In this document: positions 20,801-27,709 of the stretch, piece by piece
How positions within the stretch are numbered: the first letter of the stretch is position 1
How the letters are laid out: each line of letters begins with the position of its first letter
Source of the DNA: a virus
Strand: one strand, 5' to 3'
Virus record (IMG/VR): IMGVR_UViG_3300025141_016680
Location: 34,045 to 98,044 of that record
Length of the DNA stretch: 64,000 nucleotides
The notes under the pieces: generated by a model
What the model was told of the DNA's origin: nothing
Databases searched by the model: none
Seen by the model: the letters and a program-made list of their open reading frames with translations, nothing else
Program-made: the position numbers and the translations under genes

Positions 20801-22193
20801 TATCAATGGCTATAACTGTCGTGCCATTTTCTTGAAGATTTATTCCTGTCTTACCATCTAGTGTAAGTGCTCCAGCTGTTGTCTCAATCTCAGTTGCTAC
20901 AGCTGATTCAATTACCTTAGCAGCAGTATTCTTTATTGTTCCTGATAGAACGAAGTCTGATACAGAGCCAGAGATGTAAATACTGCCAGAGCCAACTGAC
21001 ATCAGCATAGATCCACTAGTCTGTAGAATGACTCCAGTTCTTCCGTCTAGTGTCAGTGCACCGGCGGCTGTTTCTATCTCAGTTGCGACTGAGGACTCAA
21101 TTACCTTAGTTGCAGAGTTCTTAATCGTTCCTGTTAGTGCAAAATCTGAAACAGAGGATGAGAGGTAGAGACCTTTTGTAGCGCCGACACCGATGCTCAC
21201 ATTTCTTTGATCATCGATAGCTATTACAGTTGTTCCGTTTTCTTGGAGATTTATACCTGTTTTTCCATCTAGTGTTAGGGCACCAGCATCTGTCTCAATT
21301 TCGGTGGCAACAGAAGACTCAATTACCTTAGCAGCGCTGTTCTTAATTGTTCCTGTTAGTGCAAAATCTGAAACAGAGGAAGAAAGATAAGTTCCAGCAG
21401 GACCAACAGATAAAACTGTTGTTCCATTGGCTTGTAAGTTGATTCCTGTCTTACCATCTAGTGTCAGGGCACCAGCATCTGTCTCAATTTCTGTTGCGAC
21501 TGATGATTCTATAATCTTAGATGCACTATTCTTAATTGTGCCAGTTAGTGCAAAATCAGAGACTGAGGATGAGAGATAGGTTCCTGCTGGTCCAACAGAT
21601 AGCACCGTTGTTCCATTAGCTTGGAGATTTACCCCTGTTTTTCCATCTAGTGTTAGGGCACCAGCATCTGTTTCTATCTCTGTGGCCACTGAGGATTCGA
21701 CTATCTTGGCTGCAGTGTTCTTTATTGTACCAGTTAGTGCAAAATCAGAGACATTTCCTGAAATATGCATGTTTCCGTCGAACAGTGATGGTGCAAGTAT
21801 GTGCATATTTCTTCCATCTGCACCTGAGACAAATAGTCCGTGCTGGATGTATGCGCTACCTGAAATTGATAGTGAGCCTGTCGATGTTGCATCAATTTCT
21901 GCAACAAGCTTCTCTGTATAAAATGTTCCGGAGACTACTACATCTCCTCCGAAAAGTGTAATGTTTCCTGGATGTGTTGTCCCTGTTCGACCTCTTCCGT
22001 CTACTGTGCCTGAAACAAACAGAAAGACATCATCGCCAACACCTTTAAACATTGATGTTGCTGAGTATCCACCTTCCAAATTTGAGGCATCTGAGGCACT
22101 ATAGATCGCAATTGATGCATGGGTTCCAGAAATTGCACCTGACGCTATTAGCTGTGAAACCCTTATTTGTTTGGCTGAAAAATCCTTTGGCAT
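14895..22193 (-). CDS. Very long repeat-rich virion fibre protein (2432 aa)
   Basis: About 20 tandem 63-75-aa repeats, two DTQVQFNDGG.F.GDSGL.FNKTSNLL knuckles, and a C-terminus NIGSDATRWANVYTADLHLKNERGNWTIVEEEDYL...KRFKMMLEEI typical of myovirus fibres. Confidence 0.8.
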   Translation of the reverse strand: MPKDFSAKQIRVSQLIASGAISGTHASIAIYSASDASNLEGGYSATSMFKGVGDDVFLFVSGTVDGRGRTGTTHPGNITLFGGDVVVSGTFYTEKLVAEIDATSTGSLSISGSAYIQHGLFVSGADGRNMHILAPSLFDGNMHISGNVSDFALTGTIKNTAAKIVESSVATEIETDAGALTLDGKTGVNLQANGTTVLSVGPAGTYLSSSVSDFALTGTIKNSASKIIESSVATEIETDAGALTLDGKTGINLQANGTTVLSVGPAGTYLSSSVSDFALTGTIKNSAAKVIESSVATEIETDAGALTLDGKTGINLQENGTTVIAIDDQRNVSIGVGATKGLYLSSSVSDFALTGTIKNSATKVIESSVATEIETAAGALTLDGRTGVILQTSGSMLMSVGSGSIYISGSVSDFVLSGTIKNTAAKVIESAVATEIETTAGALTLDGKTGINLQENGTTVIAIDNGQNVIIGTAGKQIQLSGSVSDFALTGTIKNSAAKVIESSVATEIETDAGALTLDGKTGVNLQANGTTVLSVGPAGTYLSSSISDFALTGTIKNSASKVIESSVATEIESTGSLTLDGASSVALQANGTQMLAVGPAGVYLSGSVSGFLLTGTIRNSTSKIIESSVATEIETDAGSLTLDGKTGVNLQTNGTTMLSVGPEGVYISGSVSGLEITGTIRNSASKIIESSVATEIETDSGALTLDGKTGINLQEDGTNVIVIDTGRNVLIGSAGKQIHLSGSVSDFALTGTIKNSAAKVIESSVSTEIESTGSLILDGASSVALQANGTTILSVGPAGTYLSSSVSDFALTGTIKNSASKVIESSVATEIETDAGALTLDGKTGVNLQANGTTVLSIGVAGTYLSSSVSDFALTGTIKNSAAKVIESSVATEIETDAGALTLDGKTGVNLQEDGTTVIAIDNQRNVTVGAAGQGIYLSGSVSDFTLSGTIKSSASKIIESSVATEIETDAGALTLDGKAGVSLQANGTQILSVGPKGVYLSGSVSDFLVTGTIKSDTAVALEASAGTTIKTLGGSFNVDGAGGVELRHSGSAYIKLNSGSIVLGDLSGSKTLGVAPPNIYVSGAILSELHLSGAVFADKISGSLTTLADGTEYMIAGANITINTGSSGALTISATGLGVGGDDTQVQFNDGGSFGGDSGLTFNKTSNLLTAAKLHTTDNAHLSGSVSDFALTGTIKNSASKVIESSVATEIETAAGALTLDGKTGVSLQANGTTVLSVGPAGTYLSGSVSDFSLTGTIKNSAAKIIESSVATEIETDAGALTLDGKTGVNLQANGTTIISVGPAGMYLSSSVSDFSLTGTIKNSAAKVIESSVATEIETAIGTLTLDGAAGVDLQHSGSSYIKLNSGSITIGDLSGSNTLGVAPPDIYVSGAIQSELHLSGSVFADKLSGSLTTLANGNPYLVGHGGLAITTGSDGSVTLNLGAASNAFGTVAVSGQDDVVADQSGDTITFAAAQNMVITTNATSDTITFTGIAGGGSSTVFNDRGHKATSTGSLSIAGPGLGLIYDTTDVGSDVFFFVSGTAGSRNTSNTGSAVFGGDVIVSGTFYAEKIVAEIDATSTGSLSISGSAYIQQGLLVSGAHGRNMHILAPSLFDGNMHISGSVSDFALSGTIKNSATKIIESSVATEIETDAGILTLDGKTGINLQEDGTTVIAIDDQRNVSIGVGITNGLYLSSSLSDFALTGTIKNSASKVIESSVATEIETTAGVLTLDGKTGVNLQTNGTTILSVGPAGTYLSGNVSDITLTGSIKGTQTHISADSIKVDNSMYLSGSVFADKLSGSLTTLANGSEYLIAGTNVTINTGSSGALTISATGGTPAGSDTQVQFNDGGAFAGDSGLVFNKTSNLLTVAKLATTDNAHFSGSVSDFNLTGTIKNSASKVIESSVATEIESTGSLTLDGASSVALQANGTTILSVGPAGTYLSGNVSDITLTGSIKGTQTHISSDSVLISNNLYLSGTVSEMLITGTLDVDGVLTADGGVKVDNITIDGTEIDLSSGDLTIDVAGDIILDVDGGDVYLKDAGTYPLQFSHGNSGDWNIYNTTQNKDIIFNINDGGTSRDVLRMTGITRPSVIINEDGDQQVDFRVESKNSTHMLYVNGYDDRVGIGIASTGAPYGRLMVEMSASNPSMPENTLNDFTLVLKNRVVGIDEFAGIAFDVSSEIDIDAIGAAIRAERDSSAGTTTTKRDTNLTFATNTDDDADLTERMRITHDGNVFVGEPFAPGTDSIFYVTGVVGSQGSSVKGTSVLGGDAIVSGTFRAAHQVANGVLPPVYTLVASASGEVLIGAPRITGDDTILYVTGVVGSQGSAGLRGTTVLGGDAVISGTLRVGPTGSSAGTLSTAAIFNGDVLPGTHNVYNIGSDATRWANVYTADLHLKNERGNWTIVEEEDYLCVVNNKTGKRFKMMLEEIEE
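16380..21760 (-). repeat. Intragenic tandem repeat array (189-bp unit, about 225-bp long variant)
   Basis: Unit SDFALTGTIKNSAxKVIESSVATEIETDAGALTLDGKTGVNLQANGTTVLSVGPAGTYLSSSV; about 20 copies counted, in three blocks. Confidence 0.95.
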
Positions 22194-22203
22194 CTATAAA
22201 TCC

Positions 22204-22452
22204 TCAAACACCAAATGTCTTGCTTATTGCGAGCACATTTACCTCACCGCTCCATGCATTGCTGGAGGAGACTATAATTGTGCTGGCGCCGACACTGTGA
22301 ATAAAAAAGTTTGGAGCATCTTGTGTGCTCCCAGTGATAATCGGTGAAATTGTGACAACAGGGGGTTTATCAAATGCTGTCGTCAGCGTGAAGGTCCCTA
22401 CCGTAGAATTAGAAAAGCTTGCAATTCCGTGCTCTAGACTGATTTTTGCCAT
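22204..22452 (-). CDS. Small beta-rich virion/fibre accessory protein (H-type-lectin/gp53-like)
   Basis: FTLTTAFDKPPVVTIS motif; directly upstream of the fibre gene. Confidence 0.5.
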   Translation of the reverse strand: MAKISLEHGIASFSNSTVGTFTLTTAFDKPPVVTISPIITGSTQDAPNFFIHSVGASTIIVSSSNAWSGEVNVLAISKTFGV

Positions 22453-22460
22453 ATTCTTCC

Positions 22461-22799
22461 CTATTCCGTAATTAGTATCACATGAAAGTGAACAGCACCG
22501 GTAAATTCCTGACTTGCTTCAAATGTTACAAACGTCTTCGTTACAGTGCTAATATAAATATTGACGTCGGCACCATCATTTGAATCTGTATCAACTGCGA
22601 TTGCAGTGACAAAGGGAGCAGAGTCATATATTTCAGTAAATGTATGTGTGGCAGAGCTGGCAGCTGAAAAAGTTAGTGATCCTGCTTCAAGGATTGTTTC
22701 TTTCTCTGACACAAAGGAATTTATAGGCTTTCTCCGAATATACGGATAAGTTTTTCTAAACCTATTGAGGTCTCTCTTTTTAAATGTGGTTCCGGCCAT
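22461..22799 (-). CDS. Small beta-rich virion/fibre accessory protein, paralog of the neighbouring gene
   Basis: HTFTEIYDSAPFVTA...FTGAVHFHVI resembles 22204..22452. Confidence 0.5.
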   Translation of the reverse strand: MAGTTFKKRDLNRFRKTYPYIRRKPINSFVSEKETILEAGSLTFSAASSATHTFTEIYDSAPFVTAIAVDTDSNDGADVNIYISTVTKTFVTFEASQEFTGAVHFHVILITE

Positions 22800-22826
22800 G
22801 ACATTAATCCCAAGAGTAAGTATTCT

Positions 22827-24116
22827 TTAAATTATTCTTGATGCCAATGTTGCCAACTTTGACCTCTCTCCCTTGGTTAGGCCAATGTGACCCGCTAGCG
22901 GTGCATCCTTAAATTTCTCTATAACAATTGTCAATCCATTAGAGAGACTATCAATATAAGGTGTATCAACCTGATCTGTGTCACCCAATAAAACAAGCTT
23001 AGAATTCTGCCCCACTCTCGTTATTATTGTCTTTAGCTCATGAATTGTTGCATTTTGAGCCTCATCAACAATGATAAAAGAATCATTAAATGTTCTGCCT
23101 CTGATGTGTGATAGCGGTGCTATTTCTATTTTACCCTTATCCTTCATTAGCTCAAAGTATGTTACATCAGAAAAAATTTCTCTAAAGTTATCAGCAATTG
23201 GAAACAGCCATGGGGCCATTTTTTCGTTTATATCCCCTGGGAGATAACCAATGTCTCGGCCGACAGGCTGAATTGATCTTGTGATGACAACTCTTTTGTA
23301 TCTTTCCTCATGTAATCCTGATATCGCTGCAGCAAGCGTTAAATAAGTCTTTCCAGAACCTGCAATTCCTGTCAATGTAACTAATGGTAGAGATTCTCTT
23401 GTTAGAAGATCTAGGGCAAATTTTTGCTCCTTGTTTCTAGGCCTAACAGAAACAGACTCACTCACCTCTCCACGAATTTGACAAATTTTATTTCCATGCA
23501 CTGCACCTAACGCTGATTTATTTGCTGATTTTAAAATTGTAAATTCATTTGGTCTAAAATCTTCATCAAATATTGAGACGGGTAAGTGACCCTTTTCATA
23601 AAATTCATCTATTAGATCATCTGTGTCAAGCAAGATTTCAGTTTGACCTGTATAGAAGTCTCCCTCCTCAACATAGATTGCATCCTTATAATAGTCTTCT
23701 GAAGATATTCCTAATGCATCACACTTAACTCTAAAGTTTATGTCCTTTGTGACAACAATTACAGATTGTCTTGTGATCTCAGTTAGTTTAGCTGCTACAG
23801 CTATAATTCTATTATCAGCTGCCGATGAATCGAGTCCTGCGGGTACATTTGTGCAATGGTTTATCTCAACTCGAATAGTCTGATCATTGGATACTGTAAC
23901 TCCTTCATGGAGGCTTCCTGCGCTTCTTAGTTCATCAAGAAATCGATTTACATATCGTGCATTTTCTCCAAGAAGGCCTGGTTTATCCTTAAATCTATCG
24001 AGCTCATCTAAGACAACTAGAGGGATAACTACGTCGCTTTCTGGAAATGAGTGTATTGAACATTTGTCATAAAGCAGCACAGAGGTATCAATTAAAAATA
24101 TTTTTCTTTGGTTCAT
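22827..24116 (-). CDS. phoH: PIN-PhoH (PhoH2/YlaK-type) protein
   Basis: N-terminal PIN (LIDTSVLL, VLDELD, ADNRI, VTKDINFR); Walker A GIAGSGKT; RGRTF, VDEAQN, LGDTDQ. Confidence 0.95.
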   Translation of the reverse strand: MNQRKIFLIDTSVLLYDKCSIHSFPESDVVIPLVVLDELDRFKDKPGLLGENARYVNRFLDELRSAGSLHEGVTVSNDQTIRVEINHCTNVPAGLDSSAADNRIIAVAAKLTEITRQSVIVVTKDINFRVKCDALGISSEDYYKDAIYVEEGDFYTGQTEILLDTDDLIDEFYEKGHLPVSIFDEDFRPNEFTILKSANKSALGAVHGNKICQIRGEVSESVSVRPRNKEQKFALDLLTRESLPLVTLTGIAGSGKTYLTLAAAISGLHEERYKRVVITRSIQPVGRDIGYLPGDINEKMAPWLFPIADNFREIFSDVTYFELMKDKGKIEIAPLSHIRGRTFNDSFIIVDEAQNATIHELKTIITRVGQNSKLVLLGDTDQVDTPYIDSLSNGLTIVIEKFKDAPLAGHIGLTKGERSKLATLASRII

Positions 24117-24176
24117 TTTGTCAACCTAAACTATTTTGGGTATGATTATTAAATACAACAACTACGGACGCAAACA

Positions 24177-24410
24177 ATGAAATGCTTTGAGGCACATGAA
24201 AAGTTTTCTTCATGCTGTGACAAGCAGTCATGTCGCTACTGGATAAACTTTAACACTTCACAAAATTGCACACTCCTTGCATCTAGAAGGGGTCCCATGA
24301 CCCTTCAGGAAATAGGGGATATATTTGGAGTTACCAGAATGCGGATATGCCAGCTGGAGAAGAGAATAATCCAAAAAATGGAAAATCTCATGGGTGAAAA
24401 AATTGATTGA
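24177..24410 (+). CDS. Stand-alone sigma-70 region-4 HTH protein with a Cys-rich N-terminus
   Basis: MTLQEIGDIFGVTRMRICQLEKR matches region 4.2; five N-terminal Cys. Confidence 0.8.
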   Translation: MKCFEAHEKFSSCCDKQSCRYWINFNTSQNCTLLASRRGPMTLQEIGDIFGVTRMRICQLEKRIIQKMENLMGEKID

Positions 24411-24456
24411 AAGAAGCTGTTGACTCAACAGTGACTCCTAAAATTAACTATTGGAG

Positions 24457-24669
24457 TCAGGAGTCATATTTTAAATTTTGACCTCTTTCTAAGTCTAAAA
24501 ATGAACATTCAATTTCTTCTGTTGACAAATCAAGATCATCCTTTAAAATCCACATACATCTTTCTATCTGATTAGACTTTTGGGGACTAAACTTTAAGGT
24601 TATCTTTTTCTCTGTTGGGATCTCATCATCATTCTGCTTCTTTCCAATTAAAAAATCTAATAGCGACAT
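24457..24669 (-). CDS. Hypothetical protein
   Basis: ORF with an upstream GAGGTG Shine-Dalgarno. Confidence 0.5.
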   Translation of the reverse strand: MSLLDFLIGKKQNDDEIPTEKKITLKFSPQKSNQIERCMWILKDDLDLSTEEIECSFLDLERGQNLKYDS

Positions 24670-24855
24670 TAAACACCTCTATTCATCCATACCCAAAAAG
24701 CAATGCAAGTTAAAACAGGCCCTGCCCAACTAAGTACATGATAAGAAACGGCTACTAGAGAAATAACGCAAGCACCACTAAAAATTTTTTCCCTATCTGT
24801 TCTTAGCATCATGGTACATTTAATACAGCACCGGATAAAAAAGTATATGATTAAA

Positions 24856-26049
24856 TCACATACCGCCCAATAATGATATTGCTATGAGCCCTGGAACACT
24901 CTCATTTACGTAAATTCCAGAAAATAGAGTCTCGGTTCTTCCACCCACATAGGAAAGTGCTGACTCTAACTTTTTACTAACATCAGGATCTCCTGCCATT
25001 ACAGAGGTTGCCACAAGTAGCATGGCACCTGTTTTGATAGATCCGGCAGGTTCAGGACATGGGGATGACTTGATGCATCCTTGAAACAAAGCTGACCCAA
25101 GATCTCTTCTGCTTGGATCTCTTGAAATGGTCGATCCCACTATCATTCTTCCTGGTGTTCCCAGGCATCTCTCAAGATCCTTAGAGTCAAATGTCTGAAT
25201 TGGTGAAGACTCTGAGGAAAGCTTTAGAACTTGCGCAATTAGCTTTGCAAAGTTTTTATTAGCTGATGGATACATGTTTAGCATTCCTACCTTGCCTCTC
25301 AGTAGCTGTAACTGTCTCTCATTATCGATGACAATGTGTGGGTGACTTTGCAAACCCTTTAATGCTGATTCATAATTTGTAGAAATTGTAGGATTGAGCA
25401 ATTCTTGAGCTGAGGGCTTTGTTAGAATATAAACAACTTTTCCGCTTGCACCACATGACTTTAAGTGTCGAGTCATGGAATTATGAAGAACAGAGCACGC
25501 ACTTCCCGTTCCTCCGCCTCCACCAGCGAGAACAAATATCCAGTCAATAGAGCCTATTCTTGTTCTAAGGGCATCCTCTAGTAGAGCACTATTTTCTCCC
25601 AGAACCTGTTGCCCAAGATTTACATCTTTTCCAACTCCGTCGGCGCCAGGAATAAGAAGAAAGTGATCAGGTGGAACTCCATCTGGTTGATCCTTAATAG
25701 TGGTATTAACCAAGATTGTTTTGCTGAATCCGAGATCTAGAAAGGCCTTTGCTAGCTTTCCACCGCCGCCTCCAACACCAATAAAGGCACACTTAATGGC
25801 ACTTGCAGCAGAATTTTCTGGGAGCATTCTCTCATCATCTTCTGCGGGATCATCATCATAAGCTTCAACAAAGTCAAACCCTAGATCATCACCAGGGTTG
25901 ATGGTGTCATAAAAGCTATCTTCTTTATTTTCTTCTTTTTCAGACATGTTTTTTTCCTCTTCTGTACTTATAGGTTTCAAATCTTTTGGTGCCTCTAATC
26001 TCTTTGAAGTATGTTTATCTCCACGTAAATTTTTTATAGAGGAAGCCAT
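24856..26049 (-). CDS. Tubulin/FtsZ-family GTPase with an acidic N-terminal extension
   Basis: FIGVGGGGGK, GADGVGKD, signature AGGGGGTGS, IDNE, T7-like FDSKDL; start placed at MASS downstream of an ATATTTA box. Confidence 0.9.
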   Translation of the reverse strand: MASSIKNLRGDKHTSKRLEAPKDLKPISTEEEKNMSEKEENKEDSFYDTINPGDDLGFDFVEAYDDDPAEDDERMLPENSAASAIKCAFIGVGGGGGKLAKAFLDLGFSKTILVNTTIKDQPDGVPPDHFLLIPGADGVGKDVNLGQQVLGENSALLEDALRTRIGSIDWIFVLAGGGGGTGSACSVLHNSMTRHLKSCGASGKVVYILTKPSAQELLNPTISTNYESALKGLQSHPHIVIDNERQLQLLRGKVGMLNMYPSANKNFAKLIAQVLKLSSESSPIQTFDSKDLERCLGTPGRMIVGSTISRDPSRRDLGSALFQGCIKSSPCPEPAGSIKTGAMLLVATSVMAGDPDVSKKLESALSYVGGRTETLFSGIYVNESVPGLIAISLLGGM

Positions 26050-26137
26050 ATGGTCTCTCCATCCTATCGACTTCAATAAATATGAAGCAGCTAAAGTAGT
26101 GACCTATTTCATTGCTAATGATGATAGATCAGTAAAA

Positions 26138-26505
26138 TGGTGGACCCGGCGGGAGTCGAACCCGCGTCCGAAATAGCTTCAAATTCAAGTCATTCACAGG
26201 TTTGTCTAATTTACTATCACAAACTAGAAAAGATAGTCAGCTTTCCCTGCGCTTACTGACCTGTTGCGCCCCACCTGTTTCCAGGAAACCATTATGATTT
26301 TTTATTTTCGCAGGAATCTACCTGTTATTCGATGTTGGGTAACAAGGTCACCGAAGACCCCGCAAATTAGGCCGCTAGGCGGACAGATTCGAAGTGATTA
26401 TTGTTATTGGCAATTATCGTTTTGAAACCGCATTTTAGGTCTGCTATTTCGTGTGACCACCTGCACTATTCTTCTCTACCACCTCGTCGAAGCCATTTCG
26501 GGCCC
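26138..26505 (-). ncRNA. ssrA: tmRNA, one-piece; tag peptide ANNNNHFESVRLAA*
   Basis: 5' GGGCCCG pairs with 3' CGGGUCC-A-CCA with a G3.U Ala determinant; T-arm GCGGGTTCGACTCCCGC; tag ORF 26367..26411 ends in LAA-stop. Confidence 0.97.
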
Positions 26506-26506
26506 A

Positions 26507-26698
26507 TTAGTTATCCTTACCCACGGCAAGAGAAATCTTTACAAGATCTGCTGCTCTTTGCTTAATGAGTCTAAGACCCTTTCTAGCTCGAACACCAGCT
26601 GATTTATTTCCATTTGCATTTTTGTGAACATCAAGATCAAGGCTCTCAACCAAGACCTTGAGCTCTTGCCATTCATTTAATAGATTAGAATCTGCCAT
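26507..26698 (-). CDS. Histone H1-like (Hc1-family) small basic protein
   Basis: DVHKNANGNKSAGVRARKGLRLIK motif. Confidence 0.8.
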   Translation of the reverse strand: MADSNLLNEWQELKVLVESLDLDVHKNANGNKSAGVRARKGLRLIKQRAADLVKISLAVGKDN

Positions 26699-26700
26699 TT

Positions 26701-26943
26701 TTATAACCCCTGGTCTATCTTAATTAATCCGCTTGTTTCGTTTTTATCCTCTATTGATGTATGAACAAGCCTTGCTATTTTATTCATTATCTCTCTATCT
26801 TCCAGCTCAAGAGATAAAAGATAGATAACTTTCTTCTTCTGAAACTCATTTACACCATATCTCATAATTTCTTTTACTATTTCTCGACAGGTTATGGATT
26901 GCTCGACAAGAAGATCCTTTTCAGTCTTACCGTACTTCTTCAT
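26701..26943 (-). CDS. Hypothetical protein
   Basis: GGAGG SD before MKKYGK; operon packing. Confidence 0.6.
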   Translation of the reverse strand: MKKYGKTEKDLLVEQSITCREIVKEIMRYGVNEFQKKKVIYLLSLELEDREIMNKIARLVHTSIEDKNETSGLIKIDQGL

Positions 26944-27418
26944 TATTTCCTCCAGACTCGATCTCATCACGTCTCAAATACACATCAATTTTTATTTTTC
27001 CGGACTCTAAGAGAATCAGATGTTTCATTTGTGTCGATCCTGCAATTCGTTTTTTTGCAATGACTATAGGTGTATCAAAAATATCACACTCAAAATGATG
27101 TGCCACCTGCTCCCAGGTCGAAATATCACATTTATGATTGTCAAGAATGATCTGTATATTTTCAGGTAATGTTAACCTGAGATCCTCAACAGTGATTAGA
27201 GAAAGTGTATCTTCAGACCCATAGAATAGCTCTGATTTACAAAAATCAATGATCTTGTGAATAACTCCGCAGTTATTGCACTTAGAAAACTTTTCAATGG
27301 CTTCACCATCATTGTCACACTTTGAATAAACTACAAACTTATGAAAAAGCGGCTCATCTCGCTTTTTGAATTGCGGCAGCATGCAGTGACACTGAATTAA
27401 GTGTTTGGTGCCGATCAT
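26927..27418 (-). CDS. Hypothetical protein, probably Zn-binding
   Basis: HLIQCHC...CNNCGVIH...FCKS. Confidence 0.6.
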   Translation of the reverse strand: MIGTKHLIQCHCMLPQFKKRDEPLFHKFVVYSKCDNDGEAIEKFSKCNNCGVIHKIIDFCKSELFYGSEDTLSLITVEDLRLTLPENIQIILDNHKCDISTWEQVAHHFECDIFDTPIVIAKKRIAGSTQMKHLILLESGKIKIDVYLRRDEIESGGNNEEVR

Positions 27419-27421
27419 TTT

Positions 27422-27658
27422 TTAAGCTATGTTAAATTCATTCTTTATTTGATTGATAGCTGCCTCGATATCAGTATATCCCATAGCAAATGCCTGTGAC
27501 ACTGTGGCATCAACTAATTCACTAAGGTATGCTAAATCTTTTTCACTTAGACTCATTAGCTCGGTCTGGTTTGCCTGTGCTATGTTTTCTCGTAGCTTTG
27601 ACTTTGTGAAATCAATCAAGTTGCGGACACTAGAATTAATTACAGAATCGATTTTCAT
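27422..27658 (-). CDS. Hypothetical protein
   Basis: GGAG SD; operon packing. Confidence 0.55.
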   Translation of the reverse strand: MKIDSVINSSVRNLIDFTKSKLRENIAQANQTELMSLSEKDLAYLSELVDATVSQAFAMGYTDIEAAINQIKNEFNIA

Positions 27659-27709
27659 TTTTATTCTCCAATGTTGCTAATTTTAAAATTAACACACCTA
27701 CTAGTAAAA

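Noticed and set aside
14895-22193. Diversity-generating retroelement TR/VR pair among the fibre repeats
   Set aside because: The repeats are in-frame coding units that differ mainly at synonymous sites rather than specifically at adenines; no reverse transcriptase seen.
15070-22300. Many plus-strand ORFs in the track opposite the fibre and other long genes, and across 47-63 kb
   Set aside because: They are antisense shadows of well-supported minus-strand genes, with no recognisable motifs.
25946-26176. Plus-strand ORF ending WWTRRESNPRPK
   Set aside because: It is the antisense shadow of the tmRNA T-arm and the tubulin 5' end.
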